Positions 18,213-26,640 of a stretch of 39,139 nt of DNA are shown in pieces. Where the stretch lies: sequence record DRR723986_23114; one strand, given 5' to 3'. The notes below the pieces were generated by a model that saw nothing but the letters and a program-made list of their open reading frames with translations, did not search any database and was not told the DNA's origin. Positions within the stretch are counted from its first letter, which is position 1, and every line of letters starts with the position of its first letter. Both the position numbers and the translations under genes were made by a program.

Positions 18213-18833
18213 TCTAATTTTATTTTTAAAACTCTTCAGTTTCTCTATATTCTTTAATCCAGGAGCATCCTCAAATTTGGAATTCAAATCAACCCCTACC
18301 ATCTGAGGCATTTTCTCTGCAAGGGAAAGAATTTCAGAAGCGCTCCCTTCATCCAGTCCTCCGCTAAGCAGGAATCCCTTTTCAAAGGGATAGCTTTCCA
18401 GTATTTGCCAATTGAATCTTTTCCCCGAACCCCCATGTTTTGGTGTGGCTGTATCAAAGAGGAAGTTTTCAACTAAACCCACATAATTTCTTAATGTTTC
18501 CCAATCAATCGAATCTCCAACTGAAACGACTTTCCAAAGTTTTTTACCGGTTATCAACTTCAGTTCACGGACATATTCTGGACTTTCGTTTCCGTGCAAT
18601 TGGATTACAGATAGGTTAAACTCATCAACTTTGGATAAAACAAACTCAATAGTCTCATTAACAAAGACCCCAACTTTCGGAATACCAGTCTCTGGGAATG
18701 ACTCTGCAAAATCAGCTGAAACATATCTCGGAGATTGGGAATAGAATATCAACCCAATCCAATCAGGTTTAACTTCTTGAATTAGACGTTGGACATTTTC
18801 AGGATCCCGCATCCCACAGACCTTGATTTTCAT
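18207..18833 (-). CDS. trpF: Phosphoribosylanthranilate isomerase
   Basis: KVCG, SPRYV, VGVFVN, QLHG, GGSGKRFNW, LSGGL and DLNSKFE. Confidence 0.96.
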   Translation of the reverse strand: MKIKVCGMRDPENVQRLIQEVKPDWIGLIFYSQSPRYVSADFAESFPETGIPKVGVFVNETIEFVLSKVDEFNLSVIQLHGNESPEYVRELKLITGKKLWKVVSVGDSIDWETLRNYVGLVENFLFDTATPKHGGSGKRFNWQILESYPFEKGFLLSGGLDEGSASEILSLAEKMPQMVGVDLNSKFEDAPGLKNIEKLKSFKNKIRP

Positions 18834-18926
18834 AGGATTATAATTTGATTTTTATAGGCCATATGGAATCTCGCATGTGTGATAATTACCGCGGTTTGAG
18901 ATTCTTTGAGTCATGCTCGATTTCAT
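18830..18926. repeat. ~90-bp dispersed element, copy 1 (trpC-trpF spacer)
   Basis: Shares GATTATAATTTG, GCCATATGGAATCTCGCA and GCTCGATTTCAT with 23340-23434. Confidence 0.85.
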
Positions 18927-19744
18927 CAGATACTTACGGTTGATTCTTTAGCCGAAAGCTTCTTGTATTCTTTGATGAAATTGTAAGCTGCCTGTTCAGG
19001 TCTGCTCGATTTCATAAAGTTTTCTCCTATAAGAAATCCATCAAAACCAGCTTTTTTTAACGTGATCAGTGTAGCAGGATCAGAAATTCCACTTTCAGAA
19101 ATCTTCACGAAATCACCTGGTATTTTGTCAACCAAATCCAAAGAGGTTTGTAATGACACATCAAATGTTTTCAGATTCCTATTGTTCACGCCAACCAAGT
19201 CTAATTCATCACAAAGGCTTCTTTCCAGTTCTTCCCCATCATGCACTTCCATTAGGATTTCAAGTCCCAAACTTTTTGCGAAAGCTGCTAATTCCTTCAA
19301 TCTAGCGGGCTCCAAAGCCGCTGCAATTAGCAAAATACAATCCGCGCCTATAGACTTTGCTTCTAGAATCTGATATTCATCCACCACAAAATCCTTTCGA
19401 AGAATCGGGCAAAAATTGAATTTACGGGCTTCCTTCAGATCGGTATTACTGCCTCCAAAAAAGTCAGTATCCGTCAAAATCGATAAAGCCGAGGCACCTG
19501 CCTGCATGTATCCTATACTTACTGCTTCTACCGAAGCAGAGCCATTGATCAAACCTTTGGAAGGGGATTTTCTTTTGAATTCAGAAATGATTCCAGACTT
19601 CTCAGGATCACACACATACTTTTTCATGGATACCACTTGACCGTCAAAAAAGACACTTTTTTCAAGCATCTTTGCAGGCACCAAACTTTTCTTTTCTGCT
19701 ACTTCTACGTGTTTTTGAGCAATAATTTTATCTAAAATATTCAT
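18926..19744 (-). CDS. trpC: Indole-3-glycerol phosphate synthase
   Basis: EFKRKSPSKG, LSILTD, LRKDF, GVNNRNL and SESGI. Confidence 0.97.
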   Translation of the reverse strand: MNILDKIIAQKHVEVAEKKSLVPAKMLEKSVFFDGQVVSMKKYVCDPEKSGIISEFKRKSPSKGLINGSASVEAVSIGYMQAGASALSILTDTDFFGGSNTDLKEARKFNFCPILRKDFVVDEYQILEAKSIGADCILLIAAALEPARLKELAAFAKSLGLEILMEVHDGEELERSLCDELDLVGVNNRNLKTFDVSLQTSLDLVDKIPGDFVKISESGISDPATLITLKKAGFDGFLIGENFMKSSRPEQAAYNFIKEYKKLSAKESTVSI

Positions 19745-19750
19745 ACAATT

Positions 19751-20761
19751 TTAAGCTAATGAAACTGAAGTTTTGGGATTAACGAGGCCTTCAAAAACGG
19801 CTAAAGCCTTGCCAGAAAGCAGCACATCTTCGGCTTTTGCCACAGCATCAGGGAAGGACAATCCTTCTTCGGCAGTGACCAATGCCGCAGCTGAGTTCGC
19901 CAATACCACAGCATTTTGACTCTTTGTTCCTTTACCTTTAAGTATTGCTTCAAAAATTCTGGCAGATTCCTGAATGGTACCTCCTCCTTTGATTGATTCA
20001 GCATTAAGTTGTGAAAGCCCTAGATTTTCAGGCTTCAATACCTTTTCGCCTTCGTTTGAAATCATTTTGAAATCCCCAGTCAAGGAAATCTCATCGTAAC
20101 CATCCAAAGCATGTAGGATGGAGAATCTACCGTTCATTTCCTGATACAAATAACCATAAAGCCTGGCTAACTCCAGACTAAACACACCCACCAATTGTTT
20201 ATTCGGAAAACTCGGGTTCACCATTGGGCCAAGCATATTGAAGAAGGTCTTTACGCCAAGATCTTTTCTGATTGGCCCTACATGCTTCATTGCAGGGTGA
20301 AATAGTGGTGCATGCAAAAAGCAAATCCCTACCTCATCCAAACTTTGTCGGATTTTATCAATGTCGTTGGTAAATTCATACCCAAAATACGCTAGTAGAT
20401 TAGATGACCCGCAAATGGAAGAAACCCCAGTATTACCGTGTTTGGCTACATTCTGACCAGCTCCAGCGACTATGAAAGAAGATAAAGTAGAAATATTAAA
20501 TGTATCCTTTCCATCACCTCCTGTACCACAAAGATCCATTGCGTCATATTCAGCGATTTCGACAGGAATGCAACGCTCTAGCATAGCTTGTCTAAATCCC
20601 GAAAGTTCCTCCACAGTGATACTTCTCATCATATATACGGTCATAAAGGCCGCTATTTGGCTTTGATTATAAGTACCAGCAGTAATGTTTTTCAATACCT
20701 CACGTGCATCTTCCCGCGTCAATGTGCGATGTTCGATGAGATGATTTAATATTTCTTTCAT
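19751..20761 (-). CDS. trpD: Anthranilate phosphoribosyltransferase
   Basis: CGTGGDG, NIST, KHGN, FHPAM and DGYDEI. Confidence 0.97.
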   Translation of the reverse strand: MKEILNHLIEHRTLTREDAREVLKNITAGTYNQSQIAAFMTVYMMRSITVEELSGFRQAMLERCIPVEIAEYDAMDLCGTGGDGKDTFNISTLSSFIVAGAGQNVAKHGNTGVSSICGSSNLLAYFGYEFTNDIDKIRQSLDEVGICFLHAPLFHPAMKHVGPIRKDLGVKTFFNMLGPMVNPSFPNKQLVGVFSLELARLYGYLYQEMNGRFSILHALDGYDEISLTGDFKMISNEGEKVLKPENLGLSQLNAESIKGGGTIQESARIFEAILKGKGTKSQNAVVLANSAAALVTAEEGLSFPDAVAKAEDVLLSGKALAVFEGLVNPKTSVSLA

Positions 20762-20793
20762 AATATTTAGGGAGTAGGTGGGTGGTTTGATTC

Positions 20794-21360
20794 TTAATTC
20801 TCCAACCAGTTTTTGAGAATCTGCACTCCGTTTTCAGTAAGAATACTCTCTGGATGAAATTGTACGCCCCGGACATCATACTTCTTGTGCCTCAAAGCCA
20901 TGATTTGATTGTCGGGTGTACGGGCAATCACTTCCAAGTCTGATGAAAGGGTGATTTCATTAACGACCCAGGAGTGATACCTACCAATACTAAATGTATC
21001 GGGAACGCCCTTGAAAAGCAAGTCATCTTCCACTTTTACAATAGAAGCCACCCCATGAAGAACTTCTGATAAGTTAATTAAATCTCCACCAAAGGCTTCA
21101 CCGATTGCTTGATGCCCAAGACAAACTCCCAATATTGATTTAGTGGAAGCATATTTCTTCAAAAGCTCAGGCATTATTCCAGCATCTTCTGGTACTCCAG
21201 GTCCAGGAGAGAGAATTATTTTATCGTATTGAGAGACATCCTCCAAGCTGATTTTATCATTTCGGAACACATCCATATCTGCCCCATAACCAAGCTGGCG
21301 GACGATATATACCAAGTTGTAGGTGAAGGAATCGTAGTTATCTAGGACGAGAATTCGCAT
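20794..21360 (-). CDS. trpG: Anthranilate synthase component II (glutamine amidotransferase)
   Basis: DNYDSF, SPGPG, GVCLGHQ, RYHS and QFHPES. Confidence 0.96.
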   Translation of the reverse strand: MRILVLDNYDSFTYNLVYIVRQLGYGADMDVFRNDKISLEDVSQYDKIILSPGPGVPEDAGIMPELLKKYASTKSILGVCLGHQAIGEAFGGDLINLSEVLHGVASIVKVEDDLLFKGVPDTFSIGRYHSWVVNEITLSSDLEVIARTPDNQIMALRHKKYDVRGVQFHPESILTENGVQILKNWLEN

Positions 21361-21384
21361 ATAATTTTATCGTTTTAATAGGTA

Positions 21385-21424
21385 ATTCAGGTTGAAAGGT
21401 GGCAAAGTCGAAAAGTGGTAAAGT
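21385..21424. repeat. Octamer array, downstream arm of the four-helix-bundle cassette
   Basis: Transcript ACTTTACC ACTTTTCG ACTTTGCC ACCTTTCA ACCTGAAT. Confidence 0.85.
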
Positions 21425-21463
21425 CCACTTATCCCCAACCCTTGCAATCCATTCCGTTTTACT

Positions 21464-21832
21464 CTATTCTTTCTTATTTTTCAAATAGGTCATTAAAGCT
21501 TTAATCTGCCTTGACAAGACAATTAACTCTTCTTTTAATTTTAAATATGTCTCTTCCGAAACTCTGTTTACTTTAACTAATAGTGCTAATTGACTTCTTA
21601 ATTCACCTGCTGATCCCTTCGCATAGCCTAGAAATCTAATGAACTGAAGCTTATTGTTGTATTCAAATCCTTCGGCTATATTATTCGAAATCGATATTGC
21701 ACACCCAATTAATTGATCTCTAGATTTGTAGTCGCTTTTGAGAGGTACTTGATCAGAAAGAGAATAGATCTCTACTCCAATCTCAATTGCTTTTTGCTAA
21801 ATGTGTAATTCTTCAAAACTGTTAGCCTTCAT
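21464..21832 (-). pseudogene. Four-helix-bundle protein (23S rRNA IVP/TIGR02436-like) with an in-frame TAG at codon 12
   Basis: Hand translation: MKANSFEELHI*QKAIEIGVEIYSL...DQLIGCAISISNNIAEGFE...FIRFLGYAKGSAGELRSQL...LMTYLKNKKE*. The TAG at 21797-21799 replaces the W of the family's 'F..L..WQKA' motif. Confidence 0.9.
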
Positions 21833-21871
21833 ATTCAAAGATTTATATCAAATATTTTCAAGAATACTCAT

Positions 21872-21911
21872 TATACCACTTTACAACCTTCCTACTTTAA
21901 AACCTTCCAAC
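21872..21911. repeat. Octamer array, upstream arm of the four-helix-bundle cassette
   Basis: Transcript directly after the trpE TGA: GTTGGAAG GTTTTAAA GTAGGAAG GTTGTAAA GTGGTATA. Confidence 0.85.
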
Positions 21912-23324
21912 TCAAATATTCTCCGCCGCCCGCAATGCCACTCGCAGCGCTTCCAGTTTATTTGCGACTTCTTGCAATTCAGATGGGATAGTTGATTTGG
22001 CGACTACACCCGCACCTGCTTGGAATCTGAGTTGATTGTTTTCAGAAACAAATGATCTGATCAAAATCGCGTGATTGAAGTCACCATTGAACCCTAAGTA
22101 GCCAATCGCTCCACCATAGAACGTTCTAGAAACATTCTCCAACTCGTCTATCAGCTCCATAGCTCTATATTTAGGAGCTCCGGAAAGTGTACCTGCAGGA
22201 AAGGTATCAGCTACCAACTGAAGTGGATTTGTTCCTTCTGGTAATTCTCCCGTCACTTTAGATACTAAGTGAATCACATGTGAATAGTATTGAATCTCTT
22301 TAAAGACATCCACGGTAACTTTCTCTGAGGATCTGCTGAGGTCATTTCTCGCCAAATCTACAAGCATCACATGTTCTGAATTCTCTTTTGGATCATCATA
22401 AAGTTTGCGGGCCAAAACTGCATCTTCCTGATCATTACCCGTTCTGCGGAAAGTGCCTGCAATTGGATATATGGTTGCTTTTTTGTCTTTCACAACGATT
22501 TGTGCCTCAGGCGAGCTACCGAAAACCTTAAAGGAACCGTAATCAAAATAAAATAAATAAGGTGAAGGATTGACAGATCTAAGGGCACGATATACATTGA
22601 ATTCGTCACCTTTGAAGGCAGTGGAAAACCTTCTGGAAAGTACAATCTGGAACACATCACCTTTGAAGCAATGCTCCCGTCCTTGATTCAGAATTTTGAG
22701 AAACTCCTCATCGGTGTAGTTTGAGCTTTCTTCTCCTACTCTCTTAAACGAGTAGCTTGGAATATTTTTATTTGAAAGCAACCTTTCGATCTCATCCGTT
22801 AATTCCGGATTCTCCGCACCTGCCACTCTATGCTCTAATAAGTGAAGCTCATTTTTATAATGATCTACCACGATGATATTCTGATAAACTGAATATTGCA
22901 TCATCGGCACCTCAGATGCCTTTGTATTCTGCAGATTGATATCTTCGAAATAGGCTACTGAATCGTATTGGATGTATCCAAAAAGTCCATTCGAGCTAAA
23001 TTTAAAATTATCCTGACCCGTATCAAACTTGTTCCCAAAAGCTCTAAGGCTCTCCATCAGTTTCTGATCCGAACTCACTTTATAGGATACAGAATGCCCC
23101 AATGGTAAGGTTTCTTTCACTTCTCCAGCATTGAAACTGAACGTTGCCAAAGGGTTAAAACAGATATAAGAATAACTATTTTCCTGACCATGATAATCTG
23201 AACTCTCGAGCAGAATAGGATTTGCAAAACGATCCCGAATCTGCAGATAAATACTCACAGGGGTGATTGTGTCCGCTAGGCGCTTTCTGTAAGTAGTTAA
23301 AATAGGTAGTTTAATATGAGTCAT
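21912..23324 (-). CDS. trpE: Anthranilate synthase component I
   Basis: LLES, GDVFQIVLS, NPSPY, SSPE, PIAGT, EHVMLVDLARND, PAGTLSGAPK and QAGAGVV. Confidence 0.97.
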   Translation of the reverse strand: MTHIKLPILTTYRKRLADTITPVSIYLQIRDRFANPILLESSDYHGQENSYSYICFNPLATFSFNAGEVKETLPLGHSVSYKVSSDQKLMESLRAFGNKFDTGQDNFKFSSNGLFGYIQYDSVAYFEDINLQNTKASEVPMMQYSVYQNIIVVDHYKNELHLLEHRVAGAENPELTDEIERLLSNKNIPSYSFKRVGEESSNYTDEEFLKILNQGREHCFKGDVFQIVLSRRFSTAFKGDEFNVYRALRSVNPSPYLFYFDYGSFKVFGSSPEAQIVVKDKKATIYPIAGTFRRTGNDQEDAVLARKLYDDPKENSEHVMLVDLARNDLSRSSEKVTVDVFKEIQYYSHVIHLVSKVTGELPEGTNPLQLVADTFPAGTLSGAPKYRAMELIDELENVSRTFYGGAIGYLGFNGDFNHAILIRSFVSENNQLRFQAGAGVVAKSTIPSELQEVANKLEALRVALRAAENI

Positions 23325-23339
23325 TTCGTGGTTATTTTT

Positions 23340-23434
23340 TCATATGATTATAATTTGGCTTTTAATGCCATATGGAATCTCGCAGCGATTATAATCATGT
23401 TAGTGTGTGACTTTTTAGTGTAGCTCGATTTCAT
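23340..23434. repeat. ~90-bp dispersed element, copy 2 (between attenuator and trpE)
   Basis: Same conserved blocks as 18830-18926. Confidence 0.85.
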
Positions 23435-23435
23435 G

Positions 23436-23469
23436 AAAAAAGGCTTACCGGAAATCCAGTAAGCCTTTT
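23436..23469 (-). terminator. trp attenuator terminator
   Basis: Minus strand AAAAGGCTTACTGGA-TT-TCCGGTAAGCC-TTTTTT; upstream AAAGCC (near 23502-23507) can pair with GGCTT as an antiterminator. Confidence 0.88.
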
Positions 23470-23507
23470 ATATAATGTCGTAACGCAAAATTAAATGCAG
23501 GGGCTTT

Positions 23508-23570
23508 CTAAACTTCCTTTTGGAAAGAGTAAGAATGCCACCACCAATATTTGTTTGCGATTGTTTTCAT
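23508..23570 (-). CDS. trpL: trp operon leader peptide MKTIANKYWWWHSYSFQKEV
   Basis: 20-codon ORF with TGG TGG TGG, upstream of a terminator and trpE. Confidence 0.9.
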   Translation of the reverse strand: MKTIANKYWWWHSYSFQKEV

Positions 23571-23581
23571 AAGAATGGGAG

Positions 23582-23611
23582 CAAATTTAGAAAGGGATTG
23601 TTAAGGACAAA
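23582..23611 (-). promoter_or_regulatory. Bacteroidota promoter of the trp operon
   Basis: Minus strand TTTG-N18-TAAATTTG. Confidence 0.75.
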
Positions 23612-23746
23612 GCATCTGCACATCTTTTTTATCAAAAATTTACAGATACTAATTCAAAAACTTAAGCAAATGGGCTTCATAGTGGCTAGAATCTGAAACT
23701 AAAACAGTCTTAAAACGTTGACGACTAGGGAATAACCGCTACTGAA

Positions 23747-24301
23747 ATGAAAAACACCCTATCCATCCTAATTCTTATTTTTGTGATTCAGGGAATTGCA
23801 AAGGCACAAAACGCAGCAGAATGGACTGCTCCCATGCATCAAGTAAATTTTAAAGCTGATTCAGGAGAAGAAGCTAAAATGGAAATTGATAGGGGATATC
23901 GTTACGCTGACCTTGATTTTGAAGGAAGAACATTCCATTTGTTTTTCAACCACGACGATAATCAAATAAAGAAAGCGCGAATTGTAGAACCTAAAACCAA
24001 TCTACAAATTGCCAGAGGAAAGGGAAGTTACTTCTGGGGTAGTGCCCGATTTGAATTTGTAGATGGAGAAGTCTACAAAGTAAAAAGGAAGCGACATACA
24101 AACGGATATGAGATAATAGGCCCAAACGGCATACTTTTCAAGGTAGAAAACCACGCAATCAGCCCAGTAAAGCCTTTAAATGAAAAAGATTTTTTGGCTC
24201 AGGCATTTTATGTTTTTGAAAGGATAAAAATAACCCAAAGCAATCCCTCAGATGTGATGATTTATTACTCAAGTTATTACCCAATTGGACCGAATGAGTA
24301 A
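23747..24301 (+). CDS. Hypothetical secreted protein
   Basis: Signal peptide ending AKA-Q; preceded by TGAAAC-N16-CGTT (23694-23719). Confidence 0.75.
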   Translation: MKNTLSILILIFVIQGIAKAQNAAEWTAPMHQVNFKADSGEEAKMEIDRGYRYADLDFEGRTFHLFFNHDDNQIKKARIVEPKTNLQIARGKGSYFWGSARFEFVDGEVYKVKRKRHTNGYEIIGPNGILFKVENHAISPVKPLNEKDFLAQAFYVFERIKITQSNPSDVMIYYSSYYPIGPNE

Positions 24302-24327
24302 TTTCGCGAAACAAACGCTCTAACATT

Positions 24328-24558
24328 ATGGCAAAAGCATTTCCACAGTATTTCAAGCGAGTTTTTGACGATTACCAAGTTTTGGTACAAGTTGAACCTG
24401 AGACGTTCACAGGGATTGAACTAATAGTGCATCCAGATGGAAAAATAGAAAAGACAGAAATGACCTTTGATGAGGAGATTTTTGAAGACCTAGCAGAGGA
24501 CGAATTTATCCACTGCAATGTGTTGGAATTCCAGATGCACTTCGCTAAGACGAAGTAA
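24328..24558 (+). CDS. Small acidic hypothetical protein
   Basis: 76-aa ORF with plausible composition, co-directional with the upstream gene. Confidence 0.7.
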   Translation: MAKAFPQYFKRVFDDYQVLVQVEPETFTGIELIVHPDGKIEKTEMTFDEEIFEDLAEDEFIHCNVLEFQMHFAKTK

Positions 24559-24667
24559 TTTCAAATCTCAAATCTATAATTTGAAATTAATCCCCCTCAC
24601 AGTCAGCGCTAAAAGCGATCGATTCGGTAATCCTAAGTAAGATTATTGTAAAGATTAATATTCTCCT

Positions 24668-24675
24668 TACTTTTG
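24668..24675 (+). promoter_or_regulatory. -7 promoter element of SRP RNA
   Basis: TACTTTTG immediately upstream of the RNA. Confidence 0.75.
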
Positions 24676-24679
24676 CACC

Positions 24680-24760
24680 GGCGGCACGACCAGCTCCTGC
24701 TGAATCCCCCAGGTCCGGAAGGAAGCAAGGGTAGGTGGTTGAGCGGTGCGATGCCGCTTC
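24680..24760 (+). ncRNA. ffs: Signal recognition particle RNA (4.5S, small type)
   Basis: Helix-8 signature CAGGTCCGGAAGGAAGCA; closing stem GCGGCA...TGCCGC followed by a T-tract. Confidence 0.93.
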
Positions 24761-24951
24761 TTTTTTTGCCCTATTTTTTTCTCGGGGTCTCCAATCAGGT
24801 TCCAAATCTTGATTAATCTTCTAACTTTGTTTCTTACAATCAAATCCATTTGGAATCATCCTTCTACATGGCTTATACCCTGTTTTTTATTTAAGACAAG
24901 AATAACAAAGCTTAAGAAAAGAGGTTTCAATACCTATTAAACAATTTAAAC

Positions 24952-25611
24952 ATGAAATTCTTTATTGACACAGCCAATCTTAGTGACATTCGCGAAGCTT
25001 ATGACCTAGGTGTTTTAGATGGCGTAACTACCAACCCTTCCTTGATGGCCAAAGAAGGCATCAGCGGAGATGAAAAAGTAAGAGCTCACTACAAAGCGAT
25101 CTGTGATATCGTAGATGATAAAGTTAGTGCTGAAGTAATCTCCACAGATTTCGAAGGTATGGTAAAAGAAGGAAAAGAGCTTGCTAAGATCGATGATAAA
25201 ATCGTCGTGAAAATCCCAATGATCAAGGATGGCTTAAAAGCACTTAAATATTTCCAAAGTGAAGGTATCCGTACCAACTGTACCTTGATATTCTCTGCAG
25301 GCCAAGCACTACTTGCCGCTAAAGCTGGAGCATCTTATGTATCTCCTTTTATCGGAAGATTGGATGACATTTCTTTTGATGGAATGGAATTAATCGCCCA
25401 GATCGTACATATCTATGGTAACTACGGCTTCGAAACTGAAGTTCTAGCCGCATCCGTTAGACACAGCATGCACTTACTGAAGTGTGCTGAAGTTGGCGCA
25501 GATGTAGTTACTTGCCCATTGAAAGTAATCACCAGCTTATTAAATCACCCCTTGACAGATTCAGGTTTGGCAACGTTTTTGGCAGATCATGCCAAAGCAG
25601 CTGGCAAATAA
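24952..25611 (+). CDS. fsa: Fructose-6-phosphate aldolase / small transaldolase
   Basis: [34 protein letters not shown] and HPLTD. Confidence 0.93.
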   Translation: MKFFIDTANLSDIREAYDLGVLDGVTTNPSLMAKEGISGDEKVRAHYKAICDIVDDKVSAEVISTDFEGMVKEGKELAKIDDKIVVKIPMIKDGLKALKYFQSEGIRTNCTLIFSAGQALLAAKAGASYVSPFIGRLDDISFDGMELIAQIVHIYGNYGFETEVLAASVRHSMHLLKCAEVGADVVTCPLKVITSLLNHPLTDSGLATFLADHAKAAGK

Positions 25612-25616
25612 TAAGT

Positions 25617-25645
25617 AAAAGGCCGGCATTTGCCGGTCTTTTTTT
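25617..25645 (+). terminator. Terminator after fsa
   Basis: AAAAGGCCGGCA-TT-TGCCGGTCTTTTTTT. Confidence 0.8.
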
Positions 25646-25656
25646 CAATTTCCCCT

Positions 25657-25860
25657 ATGTATATCATCAAAGTAAAAGGCAAAGCGAAAATCCCTGACTA
25701 TATACAGATCAGAGACGAAAACTTTGTATTAGTAGCCTATTTCAGGGCAGATAGGCCATTGAAAAAAGTGGAGAAATTTGGCTTAGAAGGAAAGGAAGAT
25801 GAATTAGAAGCGTTAATAAAGGATCTTCCTTTTGGAAAATTGCAAAAACTAGAACTATAA
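25657..25860 (+). CDS. Small hypothetical protein (MYIIKVKGKAKIPDYIQIRD...)
   Basis: 67-aa ORF from ATG 25657, ending 2 nt before ftsE. Confidence 0.75.
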   Translation: MYIIKVKGKAKIPDYIQIRDENFVLVAYFRADRPLKKVEKFGLEGKEDELEALIKDLPFGKLQKLEL

Positions 25861-25862
25861 GA

Positions 25863-26573
25863 ATGGATTTCAGTACACAACCTGTACTTCAGGTAAATCA
25901 AGCAACAATCTTTCAAGGAATTGACCCTATCCTTACAGATGTAAACTTCTCTGTCGAGCAGCACGAATTTGTGTTTCTAATCGGTAGAACGGGGAGTGGA
26001 AAAAGCTCCTTGCTTAAAACACTTTATGCCGATTTGGAGTTGAAAAGTGGAACTGCTGAGGTAGCAGGTTTTAATCTGAAAAATATTAAAACCAAGGAAA
26101 TCCCCTTTCTAAGAAGAAAAATCGGTATAATTTTCCAAGATTTCCAACTCTTCAACGATCGATCAGTCGCGGAAAATTTAGCGTTTGTGATGAGAGCTAC
26201 AGGCTGGAAAGACAAAGCAAAAATAAATGCCCGTATGGCTGAAGTTCTGCTGTTAGTTGGATTAAATAACGCCTCCAGCAAAATGCCTCATCAACTTTCA
26301 GGCGGAGAACAACAACGAGTAGTTATAGCAAGGGCTTTGCTTAATGAGCCTTCAATCTTACTAGCAGATGAACCTACTGGAAATCTTGACCCGGATGTTG
26401 CCGATGGTATTTTCAAGCTTTTCCAGGAAATAAATAAAAAAGGAACTGCAATCTTAATGGCAACCCATAATTATGATTTACTTCGTAAGTATCCATATCG
26501 AGTATTGAAATGTGAGAAAGGAGAACTGCAGGATAGTCAGACACACGACGTTTCTTTTGGTTCCTCTTTTTGA
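25863..26573 (+). CDS. ftsE: FtsE-like ABC ATP-binding protein
   Basis: GRTGSGKS, IPFLRRKIGIIFQDFQL, LSGGEQQRV, ADEPTGNLDP and ATH. Confidence 0.85.
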   Translation: MDFSTQPVLQVNQATIFQGIDPILTDVNFSVEQHEFVFLIGRTGSGKSSLLKTLYADLELKSGTAEVAGFNLKNIKTKEIPFLRRKIGIIFQDFQLFNDRSVAENLAFVMRATGWKDKAKINARMAEVLLLVGLNNASSKMPHQLSGGEQQRVVIARALLNEPSILLADEPTGNLDPDVADGIFKLFQEINKKGTAILMATHNYDLLRKYPYRVLKCEKGELQDSQTHDVSFGSSF

Positions 26574-26640
26574 TATTTCGAGTTAAATATCAAACGATTA
26601 TGCTAATTGCAGCGTTTATATTCACCCTAACATCCCAGAT

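Noticed and set aside
18852-18926. 24-aa ORF MKSSMTQRISNRGNYHTCEIPYGL coupled to the trpC stop
   Set aside because: The second copy of the element encodes a different peptide after MKSS and shifts frame; it has no Trp codons. Treated as a by-product of the repeat.
21464-21832. Avd gene of a diversity-generating retroelement
   Set aside because: No reverse transcriptase or TR/VR pair in the window; the motifs fit the stand-alone four-helix-bundle family.
15350-21911. CRISPR array interpretation of the short repeats
   Set aside because: Units are 7-8 nt, contiguous and have no spacers; no cas genes.
24587-24940. Three short ORFs around 24.6-24.9 kb
   Set aside because: They overlap the SRP RNA and its promoter/terminator.
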